From: Monocercomonoides exilis PA203
Lineage: Eukaryota; Protista; Preaxostyla
Direction: 5' to 3'
DNA: 64,000 bases
Assembly: GCA_001643675.2 (NCBI GenBank)
Contig: LSRY02000006.1
Location: 992,001-1,056,000, forward strand
The position numbers were made by a program, and so were the translations under genes. Each line of letters opens with the position of its first letter. The first letter of the stretch is position 1. The notes beneath the pieces were generated by a model. The model was given only the letters and a program-made list of their open reading frames with translations, had not been told where the DNA came from and made no database searches. This document shows positions 50,801 through 60,700 of this stretch, in pieces.

Positions 50801-53800
50801 AAGACTATCTTTTTCTTCAATCATTTTGAATCTTCAAAGTAACCTTCCACCCCAAATAACACATTTAATTTATTCAGAAGGCTGCTTGGAATTTAATGTT
50901 GTTTCATTTTCATGTTCTAGCTCTTTGTCAGTTAAATGCAATACATTGTCAATTGGCTCAGGTTCATTAATATGCTCTTCAGCAACTCTTAATCCAGTTA
51001 TTTTTGAAAAGCCTTTTGCTATTGCCACAACATTTACAGACATATCGATAACACACTTCAAAGCTCTTCGACCATCTCTAATAGGATGCTCGTTAATAAT
51101 GATTTCCCCTTCGATAAGCATAACATCCTCAAAGTACCGCAATTCAAATCGATTCATCCAAATAAATGACTCTTCTTTTGAAAATGTTCAACATTCTCTA
51201 AATGGATCGTGTATTTTATCATTTAGCTCTCATTCAAATGAAGGGTACTTGGCTAATAAAAATGAAGATTCCTTCCCCACTGTTTATATATCCAATTCTA
51301 AGTTTTCAAATTGCCTATCTCGAGCTAGTTCACAAGGAGGTGCGCTTTTTGTTCAGTTGGATCCTCATCAAGATTCACAGAAATTGCAATTTTCTCCTCA
51401 GCTGCACATCAAGGACTCCATCTTTTCTTCTTGTGAAGCATCTACTGCATCAGATCCAGAAGTTGTTGATATTGGCAGAGGAGGTGCGCTGTATCTCATG
51501 CTGAAGGAAGGTTCCACAAAGCTTCAAGCAAATACTGGGAATGAAAACATGAATTGTGCTGACTTCTTTTTTGAGAATATTGTTTTCACAAAGAATAATG
51601 CAACAATTGGACGAGATTTGTTTATCAACACGGTTGATCTCTTGAGAGACATCTACCCAGATCGTTTTATTTTGGACTACTCTGTTTCATCATTCAATCA
51701 AAAAAATGCCTTTGCTGGATCAGACGATGAGATTGCAGATTTAGATCTTCTTCGCCTGTTGATTACTTTTTCGAATAGCACTATTTGTGTCTCTTCCACA
51801 TCTGGTTTGGATGTACTTCGATGTGGAAGCCAAGCTGAACCATGCAAATCAATTCCTTTTGCTGCAACGCACATTAGCGAAACTATAGTTGACAAAACAC
51901 TTTCATTTCTCGGAGAGACAATTGTTGAAACTTCATTTGATTGCACGAATTTCAGTTTTATTGGATCCGGAGACACGTTTCCAGTGACCCTCCGATTTAG
52001 TCGGAACATTCTAAATGAAAATTCACTTTCAGTTCTCCGAAACACAGAGAAATTCTCTTCTTCACAAATTATGTTCTCTTTTCCATCATCCTTATCATCA
52101 TCATTTGCTTCTCTGATTGCTTCTGAATATTCAGCGAAGCTTATGTTAACAAGCTGTGCGTTTTCATCATTTACTGAAAAAGTCGAAACTGAGGCAGAAG
52201 GATATTCCTTTGATATCATTCAAGTAAAAGGAGGTTCGTTAGAAATGCAATCTTGCTCTATGCAATCGATAACTTTTATGAATTCTTTTATTCATGCGCA
52301 AAATTTTGCAAGCATTACAATAAATCGAATGATTGCAATTGACGTTGCCTTTATAGATGGTTCACTTATTAATGTTGATGCAATCGCTAATTCTAATTAT
52401 GAGTCGGAAGTGAGCAGAAGAAGCATCCAAATAGAAGAATCCAATTTTTCTGATATTTCTCATCGTCCATCGACAAGCGCGATCATTTCTTTGCCTTCAT
52501 TCGATAATGCCTATCCGGTTGATATTTCAGTTGAGAATTCAAGTATTTCAGAATGCATTTGCACGGAATGCATTGCTGGCGGTTGCATAGCAATGATTGT
52601 CGACAGCACTTCTTCCTTTACCACAACAAATTGCAGCTTTACGGAATCTTTAGCGTTAAAGGCAAAAGGAGGAATTGCATATCTGAATTGCATTAATGCT
52701 ACCAATGATTTTGCATTCAACAAAGTTATCTTCGAAAGAAACGATGCAGCAGAAGGACGAAACATTTTCATTGAGAGCGATAATCTTCACTTATCCATAA
52801 AATCATTTCGATTCAATTTTGACTATCTTTCTGATTCAGTCAATCGTGAGAATTCGATGATGGGGATAGATCCTTCTCTTAAAAGTAGCATAAACCTCCT
52901 CAGATATTTGATAGACTACTTGGAAAAGACTGTATATGTTAGTGAAACAGAAGGAATTGACGTTAACAGATGTGGATCTGAGCAAGAGCCATGCGCAACT
53001 ATGGGACAAGGGCTCGTCAATTTGATTAGAGATTCAGGCAAAGCTAAAGACCAATCATTGGTTCTTGTTACAAACGTTACAATGATTTCTGGGCTGTATA
53101 TGAGCAATGTGCATCTAACATCTCAAACAGAGCCATCAATGCCGCGAAGCACGATCACTCTTTCTAAAGACTTATTTGCTTCATCAAAAATCCTTGTTAA
53201 CAGGGAAGATTTCATATTAAGCAAAGTCAATTTTGATTTTAGCCATGTTGTTATCGCTGAACAAGCTGTTTTTATTTATTCAACTCCCCTGAAAGCAACA
53301 ACCAGTTGCTCTTTAACGCTTTCCCATTGTCAATTCAGCTCGCACAATACATTAAATGAAAATTCATTTCTGCCATTATCTTTAATCGAAGTAAGCTTAT
53401 CAACAATCGAAATCAATGATGTGACATTTTCATCGATTCAAATTGAATTTCCGATTTTTAAGTTGAATCATATGATAACAATAAATGTTAATAATTCTGC
53501 TTTCTCCAAAATTGAATTGAATCAATCTGCAATTGCAGAGTGCATTCAATACTCTGCTTCGAATAGTTCTTCTCTTCAATTAACAACAGTATCATTCAGT
53601 CAGATCAATCGACATACAAATGGGCCTTCAGTTGTTATGTACGCGACTGAATTTCCTTTAGAAATCGTCACAGAAACAGATTCAGAGATTCGCTTTGAAG
53701 CCTGTTCTTTTGACAATTGCAGATCTTCTTCCTCAGAAGCTGGAGGCGCTCTTTATATTGACACAAGGAATGGAGGTGCTTGTGTCCTCGAAAGCATAAC

Positions 53801-56800
53801 GTCCGAATCCTGCGAAGCTTTGCAAAATGAATTAAATCCAGTTGAGCCACAGAAAGGAAGAGGAGGATTTTTATATCTGCTTACAAGTACGATTCCTGAA
53901 CTTACTTCATATAATTATTTATTCAGAGAAATGAAATTTACAAATAACTTAGCAAATGTTGGACGAGATTTTTTCATTAAAAGTGTTGATCTTTTCAACA
54001 CCATAAATCCTCTCCTTTTCCTGTTTGATTATCAAAGTGAGTTGTTCAATAAAACAAATGCACTTTATGGTTCAGATGATAAAGGCAACGTAGATGTAGA
54101 CCTTTTGCAATTTCTAATAATTTATACGAACGAAACAATACATATTTCACAATCTCAAGGAACGGATTATCCCAGCTGTGGAACAATTGAAAAGCTATGC
54201 AAAACAATTGAAATTGGAATGGAACACCTTTCGTCAAAGGAAGAAACTCAACAACGTACCCTTTCATTTGCACCAGATTGTTTAATGATAAACTCCGTTG
54301 ATTGGAGCGACTTGCGTATTACACATACAGATAGTTTTCCATCTGAATCTGGACGAGCTGAGTTGTCTTTCTTATCATCAATTACAGTAGAACAAGGAAA
54401 TTCCATCATCAAAAACAATGGAAATCTAATTTTTGAACAGGTTAATTTCATCCTTGAGAAATCATTTGATACATCTGTTCACTTCCTCATTTCATCTGAA
54501 TATAACTTTGAAAAGCGAATGCGCAATGGTCAAACACATCCATTGCTCAAAATTGTCGAATGCAATTTTATCTTTACTCAAGAGCCAGAAAAATTGAATG
54601 AGCAATCACTTAGCTATTCTCTTGTGTCTATTCTTGGCGGTAGCATTACTCTTGACAAATGTGAAATCGCTCATTTGTCATTTGCATCTTCACCACTTTG
54701 CTTTAATGATCATGCAAATGCCCAACTAAATTGGATAAACGGGACAAATCTTTCAGTTGAACATGGCCCATTGTTTTCGGTTTACGCTTCTGAAGACGAT
54801 GAATCCGTTGACCAAGGAGCCATTCATATTTCATCATCTTTTATTGATTCAGCAAAGATTCTCGACACCTCATCTGCTCTTTTAAATATAAATCATTCAA
54901 CATCTTTAAATGAACACGCTTCCTATACGATTTGTCTAGAGACCACAACATTTAGTTTTATATCATCTTCGAAGTCTGTTTTCGGTGGAGTTATTGCACA
55001 GAATCTTCTCGATGTCGAAGATAAGTTAAATGTTACTGATTGCATTTTCCAAGAATGTGTCTGTGGCTGCGATGTTTTGAATGAAAGTGTTACAAGAGGA
55101 GGTGCAATATTCTTTTCATGTGAAAGCTTTTGTGATAAATTTATCTTTTCTGAAATAGATTTCATTTCTGATAATGCAACCATTGGAAGGGACATTTTTA
55201 TGGTGTGCGATAGTCTCAGGACATATGCGACTAAGGAGCATTTTCAACTTGATTTTGCAAAGCCGATTACTGAATTCAACCCCGAAAACGCTCTCTATGG
55301 AACGGACAGAATAGAGTTTACAGATTATGATCTTCTTAGTTTCCTTATTATCTACACTTCCCCGAACATCTATGTCTCGAGCACTGGAAGCGCAAATTAT
55401 TCACGATGTGGATCAATTAAAGAGCCGTGCACTTCCATGACAATTGGAGTAGCACATTTAATAGACAGAGAAGACGAAGCAAAACCTTATGAACTTAAAA
55501 CGTTAACTTTGATGGATTATGATACTATCAATAAATCTGTTATAATTACAAATACAACAATTATTTCAGCAATAGAAATGAGTGAGCTTTGCTCAATTAA
55601 TGTTGGGTATCCTTTTTCAATGACAAGTGATGCACATTCGGTATTTACTAGTTCTCATTCATGTTTGCTCCAAGATGTAAGAATCGGTCTTCCGTCCATT
55701 GCTATTGACGAGTGCACTTCTTTATTTATGAGTGTTCCAACAAGTGAAGAAGGGGAATGCCGCTTTGAAGGTGTTAACATTGAGGGAAATGAATTTGAAG
55801 CTATGCAATTTTCATTTCTTTCTGTAAATGGTGGATCTGTTTTAATTTCAAACTGTTCTCTGGTAAATGCAATCATCAGGCCAACTATGATAACTTGTAC
55901 AACTGACCAATCTATCAATGTTACAGCTTTTGATATTGATGAAATGAAGTTAGTTGAAGGATCACTTTTTTCATTTTCAAACAAAGCAAGACTTGTTTCA
56001 TTTGCAGAATGTACATTTCAAAAAATTACAGCATTATCAGAGAATTCCAGATTGATCTCAGTGACACCAGAAGATAACATAAATACAAATTATGATGAAC
56101 ATATATTTGAGATAAAACATTGCGAAACGTTTGGCTGCAGTTCGGTTTTGAAAAATGGAAATCTAATCACAGCAAATGGAGTCTCTGCTGTTATGGAATA
56201 TTGCCTTTTTGATGGATACATTGAAGATGAGAAGAATAGAGGACGAAGATACAACAACAAAGAGTCCCTGAATGGTATTTGTTCATGGGATGAATCAAGT
56301 ATTTCGTTTATTTCGTCGAACGTTCTGATAAGCAATGCTTCTTTTACAAATTTACTAAACGGGGCATTGTCCTTTGAACATTCTGTTGTGACCCTGAAAG
56401 ACATATCTCTTGAAAACAACACAGGATCAGTGATAGACGAATCGTATCCTTCCATTAGACGCAACGTCATCTGCTCAAATGATGGATTTATTGATTTTGA
56501 AAGCATCAAAGAAGGAGATGGAATCCAAGGGACATCACTTTGGATTTCAAATAATAACTGTAGCATTGGAGGAAAGGCTCTTACAGATGTTTCTTCTTAT
56601 CATTTCGTGCCAATTCTCAGCAAAGTTGAAAAAGGGACTTCAAGCGACAAAAAAACACCCATCACATTTGAGGGGAGCTTGCTTCTTCCCTGCAATCTTT
56701 CATTTGAAGTGTTGATAGTTAAAAAATCTATAGAGGAGCACTTTTCATTTGGAGAGATTGACGAATTTGTTAATGAGAACCAAATGGAAGCGTCAATTCC

Positions 56801-57224
56801 AACGGAATATCTTGACAAGCATGCTCTTGAAATGCGCATAAGATTAGTATTCGGAGGCACAGAGGCAGAGACTTCACACACAACGCAATCTGTTATGCTA
56901 AAACCAAAAACTGCTCTTTCAAAGCAAGCCACAACTATTTTAACAATTTCCTTTATAATTTCATGGTTTTTGTTCATTTTCATCATTGTAATAGTCGCAA
57001 TGATAAAGGAGAAGGTTTGCGACAATTGCAAATGTAAACGCAAACACAAATTTATTCGAATCGACAATGAAGACTCTTTGTACTTCCGTGATACTCGATT
57101 GACGGAAATGACAGAAGAGCCGTCAAAGATAGAAAATGCGGTTAATAAAGAAGAAAGTACAAAAGAGGAATCGATTAGCAGTCAACCGCTCATTCCACTT
57201 GTTGTTGAATCCGGAAAATGTTAG
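47856..57224 (+). CDS. 3122-aa intronless type I membrane protein with beta-helix/Pmp-like repeats
   Basis: N-terminal hydrophobic leader, recurrent GG(A/G)(I/L)(F/Y) and FxxNxA..GRD motifs, six CGxxxx(P/L)Cx(T/S) modules, and a TM helix (ILTISFIISWFLFIFIIVIVAMI) before a short tail. Confidence 0.85.
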   Translation: MLLYSYLPLLLEIFFFTKTENFEIPLIYSTSQHLFQLSNTTCICDNMEFLSRSKSKVAVIEESSQLRLYFCSVLNEGASPSFISCGNLELTNFSLEVHKNHDFYAHSIVLCSNANHLTLSQSSFSSLRTISHSPLLFSGQCTFVTLIGNIFKNCSSVLSCKTTLENQQSFFHRTICGTKFISTDFPLHIITQTSSDNSRSTDIICNSTFLKCSTIYNQRQTPTGEAVFSNATFSKCKGKDCAGGGLMMSGNGNGSLTLTSCTFDRCSSDRNGGGLYAVGLEHVSIKFTSFNECVTGSTSTGALGGGCYISQISNEVELKACKFSGCTADSKAGGMFLSSIPNELMPVEECEYRNCIAVEMTGGGISMMEFNPEMSMSNCLFDSCSSKFGGGGLDITFKVSTTINKEERVKRKSFNILHNYNNMTYFIFFSFANDTTSNNGKDVIIFDRQNSLSQTPFDSSFSTSGVDRLCYVNSKSTTIIDSWLPEGMLERVVSPKTGQNTDDCGSQHEPCLTIEWAIQRMNSIGTQRIRVEDGTCNEKCINIREKSAIIVSSSSETVLCDSLISTGSLFIVTTGDLKIRFFNIVHGKQINDIDHNGLLHLNTPDIVEFDVTLFEMTGSGSISLGSCNISPYSASYNAIFTRPLFILNGGLLEFDDVSIISFQITCSMIVFSAGSFTPSSLLLTKASFTNITLSENHASVLESSLPSTTSFIIDNCTFSSCTSKNCERGGGIFISLSNMQSLYISDSGFTMCESASGNTQSCCVFHSEQNNEEVTGRGGGLFISVSDITKPEIKNSNFDPLNFQLTNLVFKENYASIGRDLFLQCPRLIELVTPENFAFSLDPPLFNRENAIFGSETTLSSFMASSLSHPLTDFNLLNFLINFKDVQISISSSTGMDFLSCGTESLPCKTVEVGREHLLKDEEGMQHLQIIDLGAILKVDDFTDMSITGLKKSENDVDNLSSSLSFDILSADNQSCVMQNLGRLSFSSIILNLQSNLPPQITHLIYSEGCLEFNVVSFSCSSSLSVKCNTLSIGSGSLICSSATLNPVIFEKPFAIATTFTDISITHFKALRPSLIGCSLIMISPSISITSSKYRNSNRFIQINDSSFENVQHSLNGSCILSFSSHSNEGYLANKNEDSFPTVYISNSKFSNCLSRASSQGGALFVQLDPHQDSQKLQFSPQLHIKDSIFSSCEASTASDPEVVDIGRGGALYLMLKEGSTKLQANTGNENMNCADFFFENIVFTKNNATIGRDLFINTVDLLRDIYPDRFILDYSVSSFNQKNAFAGSDDEIADLDLLRLLITFSNSTICVSSTSGLDVLRCGSQAEPCKSIPFAATHISETIVDKTLSFLGETIVETSFDCTNFSFIGSGDTFPVTLRFSRNILNENSLSVLRNTEKFSSSQIMFSFPSSLSSSFASLIASEYSAKLMLTSCAFSSFTEKVETEAEGYSFDIIQVKGGSLEMQSCSMQSITFMNSFIHAQNFASITINRMIAIDVAFIDGSLINVDAIANSNYESEVSRRSIQIEESNFSDISHRPSTSAIISLPSFDNAYPVDISVENSSISECICTECIAGGCIAMIVDSTSSFTTTNCSFTESLALKAKGGIAYLNCINATNDFAFNKVIFERNDAAEGRNIFIESDNLHLSIKSFRFNFDYLSDSVNRENSMMGIDPSLKSSINLLRYLIDYLEKTVYVSETEGIDVNRCGSEQEPCATMGQGLVNLIRDSGKAKDQSLVLVTNVTMISGLYMSNVHLTSQTEPSMPRSTITLSKDLFASSKILVNREDFILSKVNFDFSHVVIAEQAVFIYSTPLKATTSCSLTLSHCQFSSHNTLNENSFLPLSLIEVSLSTIEINDVTFSSIQIEFPIFKLNHMITINVNNSAFSKIELNQSAIAECIQYSASNSSSLQLTTVSFSQINRHTNGPSVVMYATEFPLEIVTETDSEIRFEACSFDNCRSSSSEAGGALYIDTRNGGACVLESITSESCEALQNELNPVEPQKGRGGFLYLLTSTIPELTSYNYLFREMKFTNNLANVGRDFFIKSVDLFNTINPLLFLFDYQSELFNKTNALYGSDDKGNVDVDLLQFLIIYTNETIHISQSQGTDYPSCGTIEKLCKTIEIGMEHLSSKEETQQRTLSFAPDCLMINSVDWSDLRITHTDSFPSESGRAELSFLSSITVEQGNSIIKNNGNLIFEQVNFILEKSFDTSVHFLISSEYNFEKRMRNGQTHPLLKIVECNFIFTQEPEKLNEQSLSYSLVSILGGSITLDKCEIAHLSFASSPLCFNDHANAQLNWINGTNLSVEHGPLFSVYASEDDESVDQGAIHISSSFIDSAKILDTSSALLNINHSTSLNEHASYTICLETTTFSFISSSKSVFGGVIAQNLLDVEDKLNVTDCIFQECVCGCDVLNESVTRGGAIFFSCESFCDKFIFSEIDFISDNATIGRDIFMVCDSLRTYATKEHFQLDFAKPITEFNPENALYGTDRIEFTDYDLLSFLIIYTSPNIYVSSTGSANYSRCGSIKEPCTSMTIGVAHLIDREDEAKPYELKTLTLMDYDTINKSVIITNTTIISAIEMSELCSINVGYPFSMTSDAHSVFTSSHSCLLQDVRIGLPSIAIDECTSLFMSVPTSEEGECRFEGVNIEGNEFEAMQFSFLSVNGGSVLISNCSLVNAIIRPTMITCTTDQSINVTAFDIDEMKLVEGSLFSFSNKARLVSFAECTFQKITALSENSRLISVTPEDNINTNYDEHIFEIKHCETFGCSSVLKNGNLITANGVSAVMEYCLFDGYIEDEKNRGRRYNNKESLNGICSWDESSISFISSNVLISNASFTNLLNGALSFEHSVVTLKDISLENNTGSVIDESYPSIRRNVICSNDGFIDFESIKEGDGIQGTSLWISNNNCSIGGKALTDVSSYHFVPILSKVEKGTSSDKKTPITFEGSLLLPCNLSFEVLIVKKSIEEHFSFGEIDEFVNENQMEASIPTEYLDKHALEMRIRLVFGGTEAETSHTTQSVMLKPKTALSKQATTILTISFIISWFLFIFIIVIVAMIKEKVCDNCKCKRKHKFIRIDNEDSLYFRDTRLTEMTEEPSKIENAVNKEESTKEESISSQPLIPLVVESGKC

Positions 57225-57752
57225 AATAACATTGGTATGAAATTATTCGCTGTATCATTCCTATATCCATATTTTTAAAACTGTTATTTTTTTGATTTTT
57301 CATTTTCACCCAAGATTTTTTTATTTGATAATTTCAACTATTATTTTGTCAGTGGTTTCTTCTTCATTTTCGTTTTAAAGATACGAAGCAAAAATTATTT
57401 TGTTCCTTGCACTTTCTGAATTATTTCCATAAGACTTTAAGTCTTCATAGACCAAATTAAACCTTTTGAATTTTTAATTAAAGGCTTTCATTTTCTGTTT
57501 TTGCATTTCACATATTACGCTCTTTTTTTTCCACTGTGGAAACGCTTCATTTACAAATCAAATTCAGTTTTATTCAAACAAAGCAATTGTGAAATTGTCA
57601 GCCATTCTAATTGTTGAAAATACTTTCAAAAAGATTCTTAAATGCTTTTTGAATTAAAACTTCAAAAAAACTTATTTCTTAAAAGAAAAATAAAAAGCCA
57701 AATGATAAAATTACAAAATTTCAATTTCTTTCACATAAATTTCGATGATAAA

Positions 57753-60700
57753 TTACGGAAGCGGAGGTGGAACTGGAATGGTGCCTGTATCAAAAAATGA
57801 ATCTGAAGAAGCCTTTATTGCTCTTTCCATCTGATCATCAAACTCTTCTTTTTCATCTTCCTGAACCATATCACGCTTTTGGAATGCTTTGCTCAATGCA
57901 GCCATTCGTTCTTTAAAAGTTTTTGGTTCAGTTGTTTCATCATCGTCATCGTGCTTCTGATTTTTTGAATTTTCTGTTGTTTGATAAGAAGACTTCGCAG
58001 AGTTCAAAAGAGCAAGAGATGTTGCAAAATCAATTGAATCTTCAATCACTTCAGATTCTGTTTGAGTTTGTATGGATGATGAGCTTGACGACTTTGATGA
58101 CTTTGATGACTTGCTCGACTCCGAAGACGATCCAAATGCATTCGGCTCAACAAGTTTCGACAAGTCTCTAATTTGCCATAACAATTCCCTCTCAAGTGCA
58201 ATTTTGGATAAAGGCTTTCTTTCTTTTTCCTTTGGTGGCTCATCCTTTTCCTTGCAACTGTCATCGTTTTCCTTTTCCTTTACCGATTCTTTTTCTTTTT
58301 CTTTTTCTTTATTGTCAATCTCCTTTGCTTCTTCCTTCTTTTCCTCTTCATCACTTTCATCTGGCTCATCTTTCCACCTTTCAATTCCGGTGTTGATTGC
58401 CTCTTCAATGGAATTCGCTGACCAATCAAAGGCTCCACGCCTCGCGTAAAACAACAAATATGCAGCAGGAGTCTGACTTTGCGAAGAAGGAGGAATTTGA
58501 GATGAGGCAGAAGAAGATGCTACTGTTGATGACGAAGAGGAAGCATCTGAATTATCTGATTGCTTTAAATCTTTCTTCTTTTCATTATCAACTGATACCG
58601 ACGAATCAGCAGCATTTTGTTCTGCTTTCTCTGCTTCTTTCACTTCCTTTTCTTTGACATCCGCAGTCTTGCTCTTATGAGCAGTGACTCGCGTGTCGTT
58701 GTGCAAGTGCCAAGTGTTCGTAGTAACGTTGAATGTATGAGCAGTGTAATGCCCTCCAAATAATGAGCCTGAATGGCAGCACACAGCAAACAGATCGTAA
58801 ATGGGCGCTTGTGATGTCAGAGACGGGTGGGTGAATGTGGCTTGTGCTGGAAGCGAAGATAATTCTTGTGCTATCGTTGTTTGCACATTGTTTGTGGTTA
58901 ATAAGGTATAAAAAATATTAAATGAAAAGTTCATAAAGAATAAAAAACAAGAAAATTTCCAAAAATGAAATAAGAATAACCAAAAGAAAAAAATTGCAAA
59001 CGTTTTTTCCAAAACTGCGGATCTTCGACAGCTACGCTCAGAGTCCTCATAACTTCTTTCTGTGTTTCGTTGTCCATCTGCTTCAGTTCATTGAGTAACT
59101 TTGTGCTGACTTCAAATTCTGTCAAATCCATCCCATTCAGCGGATACGTAACATTCACATCCATCTTCTCTTTTCTGAAGGCTGTGAAAACGAACTTCTT
59201 CAGCTGGACAATGAGCACAGGCGGAAACACCACAACTTCCATCTTTTTGAAGGCTGGGATGTGGTCCTTACATCTCCTGCAGTAATACAAGTTATACTCG
59301 TTCAGCTGCTCTCTCGCTGTGAAGGACTCAAAACAATCAAGAAGAGTCACAGAAGGAGTGGAGGTTGTTGAATTGGCCTTTGAAGACATCGAAGATGATG
59401 AGGAAGAAGACGAAGACGATGAAGAATTTGAAGATGACATGCCTTCAATTGTCTTATCTGCTTTATCTGAAGCTTCACTTTTTTCTTCATTTCTCTTAGA
59501 ATCTTCTTTTTCTGCTTCTTTCTCTTTCTCCTTTTCCTTTTTGTTCTGTTTGTTAGGTTGAGTTGCAAATTTTAGAGGAGCGCAGCATGAAAGATCGAGA
59601 CATCCGTATTCTTGGATCATCACAGGCACATCAATAAATGGATCATTTAGCAAATCATCGTCATCCTCCTCTCCATCTTCTTCTGCTTTTGCTTCTTCTA
59701 TGGCTTTTGTTTCTTTAGCATTATCGGCAATTTCGCTCTCTTTTTCAGCTCCTTCCTGATTATTTGACTTTGCTGCATTGTCTGCCTTTGATTCATCTGC
59801 ACTTTCTTTTATATGAGCAGTAACTTCTGTTGCTTTGTCGTCAGTCATATTTGAAGATGCCTCAATAGTTGCTTCATTGTTTCTATCCTGATTAACATCT
59901 TCTGCACTCATCATTTCCATCTCACTTGCTCCGTTCTTCTTTCCTTCTTCGTCTTGCTTTGGCTTTTCTTTTTCTTCCTCTTTCTCTTCTCTCATTGCTT
60001 TCTTTATCAACCTCTTCCTCTCCTTCTTCTTCCTCTCAGCCAACCACCGATGACAATCTCCTCCATCAAGCCAGCAAACAGACAGGCTTTTCAGCTGAGT
60101 CAAAAACTTCATCGGGATCTTTTGGGATGTTTGAGGAATTTCCAGAAATCCTCCTTTTCTCCTTCCCGCTCGTGAATTGTCAGGGATGAGAAGACGATAA
60201 GGAAGCAAAGCACGAGGAGGAAGGTCGGTGCTGAAAGACGCATAGGAATAAGCCTGTGATTCATTAGGCGTTGCATGATATGCGCTTGATTGAGATTCAC
60301 TTTCACTTCCTTTTTCCAGTTTGGCATTTGAGGCTTCACAATTTGCTGCATTCGATTTTGCTTCAGTATCTTTACATGAATTAGCTTCATTTCTCTTCTT
60401 CTTCAGTTCTTTTTGCAATTCTTCTGCCTCTTCGATTCTTTCTTTCTTCTCCCAGAGCATCTCCATCGGCCTCAAAAAGTAATCATCTTCTCCAAAAAGT
60501 GGCTCAACATAAAACTTCTGCTCTTCTTTCTCCTTCTCTTTTTCTTTTTCTTTTAATTCATCTTTAACTGTTTCTTCGTCTTTCTTTTCTTCACTTTGGA
60601 TTTCAGCTGAAACTTCTTTGTTTGCAACGTCTTGTCCAGTTGATGCTTCTTGTTGTTTTTCTTTCTCCTTAGTAGCTTCTTCCTTCTCTGCATCTGCTTT

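Noticed and set aside
58871-59012. Overlapping USP ORFs suggesting a programmed frameshift
   Set aside because: Explained by a canonical phase-1 intron, 59001-58871 (GTTTG...TAG).
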